NCBI GenBank assembly: GCA_010909165.1
Contig: MU008164.1
Location: 124,001-188,000 of the forward strand
DNA length: 64,000 nucleotides
Direction: 5' to 3'
From: Anthoceros angustus
Taxonomy: Eukaryota; Plantae; Anthocerotophyta
A program made the translations under genes and the position numbers. How positions within the stretch are numbered: position 1 is the stretch's first letter; every line of letters begins with the position of its first letter. Shown piece after piece: positions 50,798-61,357 of this stretch. The notes below the pieces were generated by a model. The model worked only from the letters and a program-made list of their open reading frames with translations, ran no database searches and was not told the DNA's origin.

Positions 50798-51500
50798 TTT
50801 ACAACAACGGATTGATGACGTGGCTCCCACGTTGTAGATTACGTTGTAAAAGCCTTTTTTTCAAAATTTGATCTTTATTTTTCTAAAAAAGCTTTATTAA
50901 TATCACTAATCACAAAAATATGATTGGAAGCCATTTACAACAGCATGTGATAACGTGGCTCCCTTGTTGTAAATTACGTCGTAAAGCCTTTTTCTCAAAA
51001 TTTGTTCTTTATTTCTTCAAAACTCTTTACTATTATTATTAATCACAAAATTATGATTGGAGGTCATTTACAACAGCGATTGATGACGTGGCTTGCTTGT
51101 TGTAGATTACGTTGTAAAATATTTTTCTCAAAATGTGTTCTTTATTTTTTTAAACTCTTTATTATATTATTAATCACGATTGGAGGCCATTTACAATAGC
51201 GATTGATGACATGGCTCCCTTGTTGTAGATTACGTTGTAAAATATTTTTCTCAAAATGTGTTCTTTTTTTTTTAAACTCTTTATTATTGTTATTAATCAC
51301 AAAAATATGATATTATTTACAATGATTGATGACATGGCTCCTTGTTGTAGATTGATGTAAAGTATTTTTCTCAAAATGTGTTCTTTATTTTTTTTAAACT
51401 CTTTATTATTGTTATTAATCACAAAAAATATAATTGGAGGCCATTTACAACAGCGATTGATGACGTGGTTACCTTGTTGTAGATTACATTGTAAAGCATT
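50798..51500. repeat. 123-135 bp tandem repeat x6
   Basis: ATTTACAA anchors at 50798, 50933, 51066, 51189, 51315 and 51443. Each unit has TTTACAAC...TGACRTGG...TTGTTGTAGATTACGTTGTAAA. Confidence 0.9.
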
Positions 51501-52533
51501 TTTCTTTAAAATGTGAGGCGGGGAGGGGTATTTTAAATTTGGTGGGGGTTATTTTGTGGGGGCATGATGAATGCGTCCATTTAAGAGTACAAAGGCGTGC
51601 CACTCGGCAGCTCGCAATCCATTAATCCCAGCCCTTACACACAATCTGGCATGGAGAGGGAAAAAGTCGAGAGGGGGGGCACTAGTGCTCTAATTCTAGT
51701 ACTTTGCTCTCTTTAGCATTTTCTTAAGTGTTCTTATGATGAGCAGTTACCACCTCTATGTCCACAAGCAAGTGCGCACTGCCTTGATGTACATGACTGT
51801 CAAGTCTGTTGTCGTGTAAGCTAATCTCGCTTTGGCTTTTTTGAATTTTTGACTTGCATCTTATATTCCTCTTCACATGCATGTTGCTGTTAACCCTGCG
51901 CATATGATGGCCTTCAAATCCAAGAGAATATCTAGAAGGAGGATCATCACAACCTTCAAGTGCAAGCGCATTCTATAATGCACCGCCTCATAAAGATCGC
52001 ACGAACTTTACAAGACTTTGGCGGATTATGTTACAATATATATTGCCTTCATTTATCCTAATTTTAAGATATTATGTATGCATTATTTTATATAAATTTG
52101 GTCCTAATTAGGGGCAAAATTTATTTAAAATAATATGTATATATATACTGCCCAAAAATTAAGATTGAAATGGAATGGATATAATATAATTACATTATTA
52201 AATTCATAGATTTATAATCTTAATTAGATACTTAATTAATTAATTCAATAATTATTTTTTTATTAATTTTATCATATATTAAATAAATACTCATGTATTA
52301 TATGATATACATATATAATTTGATCTTTGTATATTATACCATATAATATACCTTATGTCAGTACCCGTATGTATGAAAAAAAGATGTATACTATTTTTGT
52401 AGAATACATATATATTTTAATGTAAACGACGACGTTATAAACGTATAAACGACGTTGTAAAGTAAGGCTGTATGAAGGTTGTAAATGAGGTTGTAACGTA
52501 TATTATAAAATATGTTGTAAATAGACCGACTTT

Positions 52534-52730
52534 ACAACCTAGTTAAGCTGTCAGACTATAACCTCCTATTAACAACCTAGTTAAGCTGTCACACTATAAC
52601 CTCCTATTAACAACCTAGTTAAGCTGTCAGACTATAAGCTCCTATTAACAACCTAGTTAAGCTGTCAGACTATAACCTCCTATTAACAACTTAGTTAAGC
52701 TGTTAGACTATAACCTCCTATTAACAACCT
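52534..52730. repeat. 38 bp tandem repeat x5
   Basis: ACAACCTAGTTAAGCTGTCAGACTATAACCTCCTATTA at 52534, 52572, 52610, 52648 and 52686. Confidence 0.95.
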
Positions 52731-53019
52731 ACTTTACAACCTAGATTACAAGGCAACCACTTTGTAAATGGCGTTGTCATTTAGGTTGTAAACGAGCCCA
52801 GCGTTGAAAATGGCATTGTAAACCGTCTGGCTCAACAAGATCGAAGCAAAGGTGAAGGCCCACCTTATGCCCCGGAGGGCTGGACATGGCATGCTATAGG
52901 CGCAAGGATGGATTGTGGTTTCAAATTTGGGAAGGATCGTACTTTACAACCTTGAAAAACATTTCTAAACCAATACGGAGGAAAATATGAACAAATTTGA
53001 AGTATAAAAGCCCTCAGAG

Positions 53020-53372
53020 TACCGTACCCCGAAGGGTGATTTAACGTTAATTAATTAAAATTAGTAAATTTAAAAATTCAGAAATTATTATACTTAATAT
53101 GCTGAATATGTAAAAGTTTATGAGTTTAAGATGCCGAAAACAAGCAAACTAAAAATTGTGTGGAAAACTGGGGCCTGTTTAGGGAAGGTCTACACATGTC
53201 CATTAGTTCTATACAGATACCTATGTATTTTAATAAATGTTGAAATTCGATCAAATTATTTTTCATAAATTTTTAAATTTTGAAAATATAAATATTTATG
53301 TTGAATCTTATTTTTTTTCAAAAAATAATTATTTCGGCATTATCCTGTTGAACCACCCCTCGGCGTATGGTA
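53020..53372. mobile_element. ~350 bp MITE (Tc1/mariner-like, TA ends)
   Basis: 26 bp TIRs TACCGTACCCCGAAGGGTGATTTAAC vs the reverse complement of GTTGAACCACCCCTCGGCGTATGGTA (21/26 match). AT-rich interior; TA at both ends. Confidence 0.6.
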
Positions 53373-53978
53373 TATATAGCAAAGTACCACAAAGATGCTT
53401 CCATAGAGGATGTGAGGCAATCTTTTGTATGGAATATTCGGGTGGCGAAGAACCTCTAACAAGGTTAGTCCGTGTTAGGAACATTGCTAAAAAAACATTG
53501 TTATGCTTAGGAAAATTTTATGAAATTTTTATCTTCATAATGCAAGAAAGTGTCCCTCACTAATTGACAATTGAGACGACTATGAACAACGAACCGCTGT
53601 TTCTTACACACGCCCTTTCTTACATACTTCGCCTTCGTAATATGGAAGTTCTTTGACCGGAAGATGCAAATCTAAAACCAGTCTTTCAACTTTCAAGTCT
53701 TCCTAAACTTATCCAAAGTCCTTTGAGCCCGTAAGATGCAAATCTATAACGCCGTTTCAAACAAGAGTTACATGGCTTCAAAGTTATGCTGGACAGGGTA
53801 GGTTTCAAACAAGAGTAACAGGCATTCATTTGTCACATCCTTGCCATCCAGAGGCTGCCAGGCCTTCCAATTGATGCACAGATTTTGTACAGGCTTCAAT
53901 CAAGCATTAAGTTGGAAGAGGTTGTTTTGAACTACTTGCTCAAAGCTGCTACAGGACCTATCCTCAACTATGTACTAT

Positions 53979-56627
53979 TTAATGCCTGTCACCACAGGAA
54001 CATGAGCCGTCTACAAAACGGTGCACACGGTGTGCATCTCTCACCACAATCTCCCGTCTCTCCAGCCTTGACATGATCTTGGTGCCGCTGTGGCAATCGT
54101 TGCACATCCGAAGATTCTTGGTAACCAGCAAGGGTGTGCCATCTGGGGTTCTCAGCAGACCATATGCCAATGCCAGTTTCTCAGCATGCCCACACAAGGC
54201 ATCCTCCTTTTCGGCCTCTGACACTGCCTTCATCACCAGCTCTGTGTGTGGCACGTGGCCTCCTTCCTCCTTCAGCCGCAGGTTCACGCTCATGAGCTTG
54301 GAAGATATGTCGTCCCTTTCTTCTCCCACTCTGAACTCGTGCACCTGGTTTTCTACTTCGATGCACGCCTTTGCAGGCTTCTTCTTAGCGCCTGCAAGCA
54401 TACGCAGCTTTTCTATCTCCTGCGCATCCGCCCACCGGCCTGTGCTTGAGTACATAGTTGCCAAGAGGGCATACGCTGACGCATTTTCAGGCTCAAGTAC
54501 AATGAGACGCTCAAAATAGCGTCGTCCACGCTCCATGTCACCATGGCTTTTGCAAGCACTGAGCAAGCAAGTCCAACCCACAACCTTATCCTCAAATGGC
54601 ATACTGCATAACACGTCCTCTGCTTCGTCTAGATGGCCAGAACGCCCAAGCAGATCCACCATGCACACATAGTGAAATGCTGTAGGTGCAATCCCATGGT
54701 CCTCCACCATTGTCTGGAAGTACCCCCAGCCCTCATCCACCAGGCCCAAATGACTGCACGCCACCAGAAGGCACACAAAAGTGGCACCATCCGGCTCGAT
54801 GCCTTGCTCTTGCATCTTTCGGAAACAGTCCATGGCCATTTTCACATCATTGTGTTCAGCACAGCCTTTCAGAAGCGCCGTCCATGTTGCCACATCCCTT
54901 GTAGGCAGCCTGTCAAACACTCTGCACGCCTCCTCTAATCTCCCACACTTGGCATACATATCCACCAGGCAGTTGCCAATCACCAAGTCAGGCTCCAGTC
55001 CTTGTTCGTTGATCTCTGCGTGAAGCTGCTTACCTTGATTCAGAGCGCCCACAGTGGCACAGGCTTGAAGGAGGCAGACGAATGTCACATTATTTGCAGG
55101 AGTGAGGCCCTCCTTTCGCATGTTGGCATACAGACTGAGGGCTTCTTGAACAAGACCATTTTGAGCATATGCTGCAATCATGGCAGTCCACAGCACCACA
55201 TCTCTGGTGCGCAACCCGTCAAACACACGCCGTGCATCCTCCAAGCTCCCACATTTGCCATACATGTCAACCAAGCAGCTGCCGATAACCACATCACCTT
55301 CTAGTCCCCGATTATTAATCTGGGCATGAAGCTCCATTCCCTGTGGCAAGTCTCGGGTGCTAGCACAGGCTCGTAGGAGGGAGGCAAGTGCAGCAGGACT
55401 GGGCGTGGTGCCCTCCTGTTGCATTCGTGCATGAAGACCAAGAGCTTCCCTACCAAGGCCAAGCTCAACGTATCCTGTCAGCATGGCATTCCACGTTACG
55501 ACATCTTTATGAGACATTGTGTCGAACACTCTCTGAGCGTCCTCCACACTTCCACACTTTGCATACATCTCTATGAGGCAATTACCCACAACCACATCCG
55601 GTGTCACTCCCCTTTCTTGAATATGCACATGAAGCTGCTTCCCACGATGTGGATCTCTCACTAGGCGACAAGCTTTTAAAACGCTGGCAAACGTGAAATC
55701 ATCAGGAGTCACACCCTCCTGTAGCATATTTACATAGAGAGTCAGAGCTTCTTGACCAAACCCATGCTCCCCATATCCTGAAATCATGGCTGTCCAGGTG
55801 ACCACATTCCTTTGGGATAAGCTGTTGAAAACTCCGCGAGCCTCGTCCAGCTCCCCACATTTCGCATACATGTCTACCAGACAGCTACCGACGAATACAT
55901 CCGGATCATCGCCACTTCGCAGTATATCAGCATGTACCTCCTTCCCAGAAGCCAAATCGGCTGCACTAGAACACACTTTCAGGACTACCACATACACATA
56001 GTTGTTGGGTTTAACCCCCGACGTCCGCATCCGACGATACAGTTCCACAGCCTCGGAGAACTGGCCATGCTCAGCAAAGGCTGAGATAATGGAATGCCAC
56101 ATAAAGATGTCCGGTGCATTCACAACCGAAAATACCTGCATTGCTTCCTCCAGCTTCCCATGAGAAGCATACATGCGAATGATGTGGTTGGCCAAGAACG
56201 TGTTCGACTCATACCCACTTGTAAGAGAGAGGGCATGCACACGCTTGCCAAGATCCAAATCCCTGTCTGAGATACACCTCTTGAGAACACGATAGAAGTG
56301 AGTGTGGGGAACGAACGAGGATCGCTGCACGACTAGGTCCAACGCCTCAACCACATCACTGAGCCTTCCCTCCTCAAAAAACCCCCTCAGGAGAAGATCC
56401 AGCTGATCCTGCTCCTTGCCAGCACCTCCGGGAACCCTAACCTTGATCCTTGGTGCCTGGCCCAGCTTCACACCAGCCAAGGCACTCACCCAAGGATTGT
56501 TCAAGGCAGCTGTCACCTTGGTTGCCGCTGCAGCTGTGGCAAGCGATCTGGAAATCGTCTTGCAGCCTTCTCCAGGAAGCAGGAGCAGCAATCGCAGCCA
56601 TAGCACCATGCCGCCCCGGCCTCTCAT
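53979..56627 (-). CDS. PLS-class PPR protein with E1-E2-DYW:KP (DRH-type) domain; candidate organellar U-to-C editing factor, 882 aa
   Basis: 17 PPRs (L-S-P triplets plus P2-L2-S2), E1/E2, then [25 protein letters not shown] and C-terminal CSCGDRH. The SHP motif is absent. Intronless. Confidence 0.95.
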   Translation of the reverse strand: MRGRGGMVLWLRLLLLLPGEGCKTISRSLATAAAATKVTAALNNPWVSALAGVKLGQAPRIKVRVPGGAGKEQDQLDLLLRGFFEEGRLSDVVEALDLVVQRSSFVPHTHFYRVLKRCISDRDLDLGKRVHALSLTSGYESNTFLANHIIRMYASHGKLEEAMQVFSVVNAPDIFMWHSIISAFAEHGQFSEAVELYRRMRTSGVKPNNYVYVVVLKVCSSAADLASGKEVHADILRSGDDPDVFVGSCLVDMYAKCGELDEARGVFNSLSQRNVVTWTAMISGYGEHGFGQEALTLYVNMLQEGVTPDDFTFASVLKACRLVRDPHRGKQLHVHIQERGVTPDVVVGNCLIEMYAKCGSVEDAQRVFDTMSHKDVVTWNAMLTGYVELGLGREALGLHARMQQEGTTPSPAALASLLRACASTRDLPQGMELHAQINNRGLEGDVVIGSCLVDMYGKCGSLEDARRVFDGLRTRDVVLWTAMIAAYAQNGLVQEALSLYANMRKEGLTPANNVTFVCLLQACATVGALNQGKQLHAEINEQGLEPDLVIGNCLVDMYAKCGRLEEACRVFDRLPTRDVATWTALLKGCAEHNDVKMAMDCFRKMQEQGIEPDGATFVCLLVACSHLGLVDEGWGYFQTMVEDHGIAPTAFHYVCMVDLLGRSGHLDEAEDVLCSMPFEDKVVGWTCLLSACKSHGDMERGRRYFERLIVLEPENASAYALLATMYSSTGRWADAQEIEKLRMLAGAKKKPAKACIEVENQVHEFRVGEERDDISSKLMSVNLRLKEEGGHVPHTELVMKAVSEAEKEDALCGHAEKLALAYGLLRTPDGTPLLVTKNLRMCNDCHSGTKIMSRLERREIVVRDAHRVHRFVDGSCSCGDRH

Positions 56628-57139
56628 GGGAGGCGTCCGGGGTCCAATTCATGAACCCCAGAAATAGGCCGGACGATGCCCGTCTTCACCTTGGTCCCTG
56701 ATGTGGCTTGCCTTATCTGAAGTTCATCCTGCTGAACAGGCAAGATGATGGTGGTGGAGAAGATCTGCACCTTGCTGCCATTGCTGACTACTCGGAGAAC
56801 CCGCCTGTTGGCATTTGCGGATGTCAAAGCTGGACAGATCTATCAGCTGGTGTTCACTACCAGCCATGGAAGCTCGTAAGCTCAACACCTTGCTATCAAA
56901 CAACACCAAGATGCACAAAGATCTGCAGAGGATTCTAAACCTCCTATCCCAAGCAAACATCCAACAAAACACCGGACAAACAACCTGCGTACAAGCCTCC
57001 GATCAGCACCAACAATGTGGGGAAATATGGGAGGAAAGTCCATCGCCCGGATTGTGACGAGGACTGGCTATCCGCTTTGATTTTGTTGTCTTCCATTTAT
57101 CACGATCGAACCTGTTCGTGGGCGCCTTGGAAGCGGGGC

Positions 57140-60100
57140 ATGGCCATGGCTTTGGCAGAATTGCTGCTGTGTCCCCTTCCGTTGTCGAAATTGGGTCAGC
57201 AGCAGCAGCAGCAGCCGAGCTGCGGATTTTCCCATACTGGCAAGCGACGCTGCGTTCCATCTGAGACGGGAGTGTGCAGGGCTTATACTCGGCAGGCTCT
57301 TGGTGCTGCAGAGGCCGGGGAGGAGCGGCTGTGGCACCAATTCTTCGTGGATCCCAGGCAGTGGTGGGACAACAGGGTGGACAAGCCCAGTCCCCGCCAT
57401 CCCGACTTCAGGCATAAGGTATCCAGGCAGGTGCTGTGGCTCAACAGCCGGCTGAAGCCAGAATGGGTGGATTTGCTGCTGGCCAAGTGGGATGCAGGTC
57501 CAGGTGCAGGGGATGGGGAAAGGAAGGCAATGGTGGAGAGGCTGATCAGGAGATGCGAGAATGGGAAGCTGAGCGAGGCTGTGGAAGCCTTGGACGTCCT
57601 GGTGCAGTGGAGATGTCGCGTACCTGATTCTGTTCTGTATCGTTTGCTGAAGAGGTGCTCGGGAGAGAAGGACCTGGTGCTGGGTAGGAAAGTGCATTCC
57701 ATTGCCAGGAATGGCGGGTACGAGAGCGACGCATTCGTGGCAACCCACATTTTGGGGATGTATGCTGCCCATGGCAAGCTGGGGGATGCAGTGCAGGTGT
57801 TCGGGAAAGTGGAGGTACCCAATGCCTACATGTGGTCTTCCATCATTCTGGCACATGCCCGGCTGGGACGGCCTGCGGAGGCCATCGCCTTTTACAGGCA
57901 GATGCGGGAGTCAGGCGTGAAGCCGGACAACCACATCTTTGTGGCAGTTCTGAAGGCGTGCGCATCTGCCACGGACTTGGTTGCAGGCAAAGAGGTGCAT
58001 GCTGACATTCTGGGCAGTGATGTCAAGTCTAACAGCTTCGTTGGCAGCAGCCTGGTGAACATGTATGCCAAATGCGGGAGCTTGGAGGAGGCTCGCACAG
58101 TTTTCGATGCGCTGGGCACAAAGACGGTGGTGACATGGAATGCTATGATTGCAGGCTATGCCCAGCAGGGTCTTCGTGAAGAAGTTTTTCATCTGTACGA
58201 TAGGATGCAACTGGATGGCTTACAAGTCAATAAGGTTACATTCGTGTGCTTACTCCAGTCGTGTGCTAGTTTGGAAGCTTTGCATCAAGGGAAGCAGCTT
58301 CACAAAGAGATTCGGCAAAGAGAACTAGATGCTGATCTACTTGTTGGCAATTGCTTGGTGGACATGTATTCCAAATGCGGCAGCGTGGAGGATGCTCGCA
58401 GAGTGTTTGACCGACTACCCACGAGAGATGTTGTGACATGGACTGCCATGATTGGGGGATATGCAAGCCAAGGAATGGCCCAAGAAGCCCTAAGTCTGTA
58501 TGCCAGTATGCAACAGGAGAGCATGATCCTGGGTGATCGAGTTACATATGTGTGCCTGCTGAAAGCATGTGCCAGCATCGGGGTCCTGCACCAGGGGAGG
58601 CAGCTTCATATGCAGATTGAGCTGGAAGGGCTTGCAGCTGATGTTGTCATAGGTAACTGCCTGGTGGACATGTACTCTAAATGCGGGAGCGTAGGTGATG
58701 CTCGCCAAGTGTTTGATTCATTGCCCACGAAAGATGTGGTGACATGGAATGCCATGATTGCAGGATATTCTCAACGTGGGCTTGGTAAAGAAGCGCTTGA
58801 TCTGTACGAGAGGATGCAGCTGATGGGCTTGACTCCAGCCGACCATATTACATTTCTCTGCCTCCTTCAAGCATGTGCCAGTGTGGGAGCATTGCATCAG
58901 GGGAAGCAGCTTCATGCACAGATCCGTGATAGGGGGCTGGAAGCTGATGTCTCTGTTTGCAGCAGCCTGGTGGGCATGTATGCCAAATGTGGAAGCCTGG
59001 AGGATGCTCGTGCTTTGTTTTCCAAATTGCCAACAAGAGACGTGGTGACTTGGAATGCCATGATTGCAGGGTTCACTCAGCAGGGGCTCGGTCGTGAAGC
59101 TCTAGCTTTGTATGCCAGTATGCAGCAGGAGGGCACCACCCCCAATCACCTGACATTTGTGTCCCTCCTTCAAGCATGTGCCAGCGTGGGAGCGGTGCAT
59201 TATGGGAGGGAGCTTCATGCAGAGATTCAAGAACAGGGATTGGAAGCTAATGTAATGGTTGGCAACTGCCTGGTGGACATGTATTCCAAGTGTGGGAGCC
59301 TGGAGGAAGCTCGCCGAGCAGTTGACAGATTGCCCGTAAGGGATGTGGTTACATGGAGTGCTCTGCTCAACGGCTATGCCGAACATGGCGATGGTCAAAA
59401 GGCAAAGCAGTGTTTTGATGAGATGTGTCAGCAAGGCGTGGAGCCTAATGAGTCCACCTTTGTCTCTCTGCTTGTGGCATGCAGTCACGCAGGTCTGGTG
59501 GATGAGGGCCAGCGGTACTTCAAAATGATGGTGGAGGACCACGGTATTGTACCCACAGATGATCACTACAACTGCATGGTGGACCTTCTTGGGCGATCAG
59601 GACATCTGGATGAAGCGGAGTCGTTTCTCCAGACTAAGCCATTCCAGAACCGTGTGGTGGGCTGGACGTCACTGCTGAGTGCCTGTAAGAACCATGGTGA
59701 TGCAGAGCGTGGAAGGCGATGTTTCGAGCATCTTACAGAACTGGAACCTGGAAATGCCTCAGCATATGTTTTGTTGGGTACCATCTACGCGAATGCTGGC
59801 AGGTGGGAAGACGTGGGCACAATCGAGAGGCTTAGAAAGTCGGCACGTGCCTGGAAGAAGGCTGCAAAGGTGTGCATCGAAGTGCAGAACAAGGTGCACG
59901 AGTTTACTGTAGGAGAGGAGAGGGCTGACATCTCATCAAAGCTGAGGAGTGTAAATACGAGGTTGAAGGAGCAAGGTGGGCATGTGCCGCAAACACAGTT
60001 GGTGCTGAGAGCAGTGTCCGAACAGGAGAAGGAAGATGCCTTGTGTGGCCATGCAGAGAAGCTGGCCTTGGCGTATGGACTGCTGAACACCCCTGATGGC

Positions 60101-60259
60101 ACACCTTTGCTAGTCACTAAGAACCTTCGAATGTGCAACGACTGCCACAGCAGCACCAAGATCATGTCACGCCTTGAACAGCGAGAGATTATAGTTCGAG
60201 ATGCACACCGAGTGCACCGTTTCCTGGATGGATTCTGTTCATGTGGGGATAGGCATTGA
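57140..60259 (+). CDS. PLS-class PPR-E-DYW:KP (DRH-type) protein with an N-terminal OSB-type PDF motif, 1039 aa
   Basis: First ATG at 57140. LWHQFFVDPRQWWDNRVDKPSPRHPDFRHK...LWLN...PEWV at 57329-57469; 20 PPRs; KKAAKVCIEV, GHAEKLA, CNDCH, CSCGDRH. Confidence 0.95.
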   Translation: MAMALAELLLCPLPLSKLGQQQQQQPSCGFSHTGKRRCVPSETGVCRAYTRQALGAAEAGEERLWHQFFVDPRQWWDNRVDKPSPRHPDFRHKVSRQVLWLNSRLKPEWVDLLLAKWDAGPGAGDGERKAMVERLIRRCENGKLSEAVEALDVLVQWRCRVPDSVLYRLLKRCSGEKDLVLGRKVHSIARNGGYESDAFVATHILGMYAAHGKLGDAVQVFGKVEVPNAYMWSSIILAHARLGRPAEAIAFYRQMRESGVKPDNHIFVAVLKACASATDLVAGKEVHADILGSDVKSNSFVGSSLVNMYAKCGSLEEARTVFDALGTKTVVTWNAMIAGYAQQGLREEVFHLYDRMQLDGLQVNKVTFVCLLQSCASLEALHQGKQLHKEIRQRELDADLLVGNCLVDMYSKCGSVEDARRVFDRLPTRDVVTWTAMIGGYASQGMAQEALSLYASMQQESMILGDRVTYVCLLKACASIGVLHQGRQLHMQIELEGLAADVVIGNCLVDMYSKCGSVGDARQVFDSLPTKDVVTWNAMIAGYSQRGLGKEALDLYERMQLMGLTPADHITFLCLLQACASVGALHQGKQLHAQIRDRGLEADVSVCSSLVGMYAKCGSLEDARALFSKLPTRDVVTWNAMIAGFTQQGLGREALALYASMQQEGTTPNHLTFVSLLQACASVGAVHYGRELHAEIQEQGLEANVMVGNCLVDMYSKCGSLEEARRAVDRLPVRDVVTWSALLNGYAEHGDGQKAKQCFDEMCQQGVEPNESTFVSLLVACSHAGLVDEGQRYFKMMVEDHGIVPTDDHYNCMVDLLGRSGHLDEAESFLQTKPFQNRVVGWTSLLSACKNHGDAERGRRCFEHLTELEPGNASAYVLLGTIYANAGRWEDVGTIERLRKSARAWKKAAKVCIEVQNKVHEFTVGEERADISSKLRSVNTRLKEQGGHVPQTQLVLRAVSEQEKEDALCGHAEKLALAYGLLNTPDGTPLLVTKNLRMCNDCHSSTKIMSRLEQREIIVRDAHRVHRFLDGFCSCGDRH

Positions 60260-60554
60260 CTGGTAGGTGCACGTCCACATCCAAGTTGATCCAATTCACC
60301 ATACAATTCTACGTACATCTCACCAAGACAAAGTTAAACATCTGCGCAATTCGATAAATTCTCGCTCGCCTATTATTTCCTGATCTTGAAACCATCATCT
60401 CCTACTTCGTGGCATAAAGACCCTCCATCTCCTACGTCGTTGCGTTCGTTCTTCCAACTCTCTTTGCCTCACTTGGAAGTCTAAAGGAACAACATGGAGA
60501 ATTGATAAGAACAAAGGGAAGTAGGAAAGCTCACTGATAATCACCGCGTATAAA

Positions 60555-61357
60555 GGAAATGCCTCACCATAATGTTTTGTTGGTTTCCATGTACGTGAAC
60601 GCTGGCAGGTGGGAAGGCGTGGGCACAATCGAGAGGCTTAGAAAGTCGGCACGTGCCTGGAAGAAGGCTGCAAAGGTGTGCATCGAAGTGCAGAACAAGG
60701 TCCACGAGTTTACTGTGGGAGGAGAGGGCTGACATCTCATCAAAGCTGAGGAGTGTATGAGGTTGAAGGAAGCAAGGTGGGCATGTGCCGCAAACACAGT
60801 CAGTGCTGAGAGCAGTGTCCGAACAGGAGAATGAAGATGCCTTGTGTGGCCATGCAGAGAAGCTGGCCTTGGCGATGGACTGCTGAACACCCTGATGGCA
60901 CACCTTTGCTAGTCACTAAGAACCTTCGAATGTGCAACGACTGCCACAGCAGCACCAAGATCATGTCACGCCTTGAACAGCGAGAGATTATAGTTCGAGA
61001 TGCACACCGAGTGCACCGTTTCCTGGATGGATTCTGTTCATGTGGGGATAGGCATTGACTGGTAGGTGCACGTCCACATCCAAGTTGATCCAATTCACCA
61101 TACAATTCTACGTACATCTCACCAAGACAAAGTTAAACATCTGCGCAATTCGATAAATTCTCGCTCGCCTATTATTTCCTGATCTTGAAACCATCATCTC
61201 CTACTTCGTGGCATAAAGACCCTCCATCTCCTACGTCGTTGCGTTCGTTCTTCCAACTCTCTTTTGCCTCCACTTGGAAGTCTAAAGGAACAACATGGAG
61301 AATTGATAAGAACAAAAGGGGAAGTAGGAAAGCTCACTGATAATCACCGCGTATAAA
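60555..61357 (+). pseudogene. Tandem duplicate of the E2-DYW end and 3' UTR of the preceding PPR gene (59750-60554), frameshifted
   Basis: 805/803 bp units with GGAAA microhomology at the junctions. Indels break the frame before [18 protein letters not shown]...GDRH. Confidence 0.9.

Larger units (their letters stand above)
50697..52980. mobile_element. CACTA(En/Spm)-like non-autonomous element with TTTACAAC/GTTGTAAA subterminal arrays
   Basis: Starts CACTGTAAATTGGTTTAAG; a partial inverted match CTAAACCAAT lies at ~52965. TTTACAAC/GTTGTAAA motifs are dense and in both orientations at 50750-51490 and 52420-52955; the middle is AT-rich. The right TIR is imperfect. Confidence 0.45.

Noticed and set aside
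52534-52730. 38 bp repeats resembling a CRISPR array
   Set aside because: The units are contiguous with no unique spacers, there are no cas genes, and the context is eukaryotic.
54073-60318. Numerous antisense ORFs over the PPR genes
   Set aside because: Shadows of repetitive PPR coding sequence.
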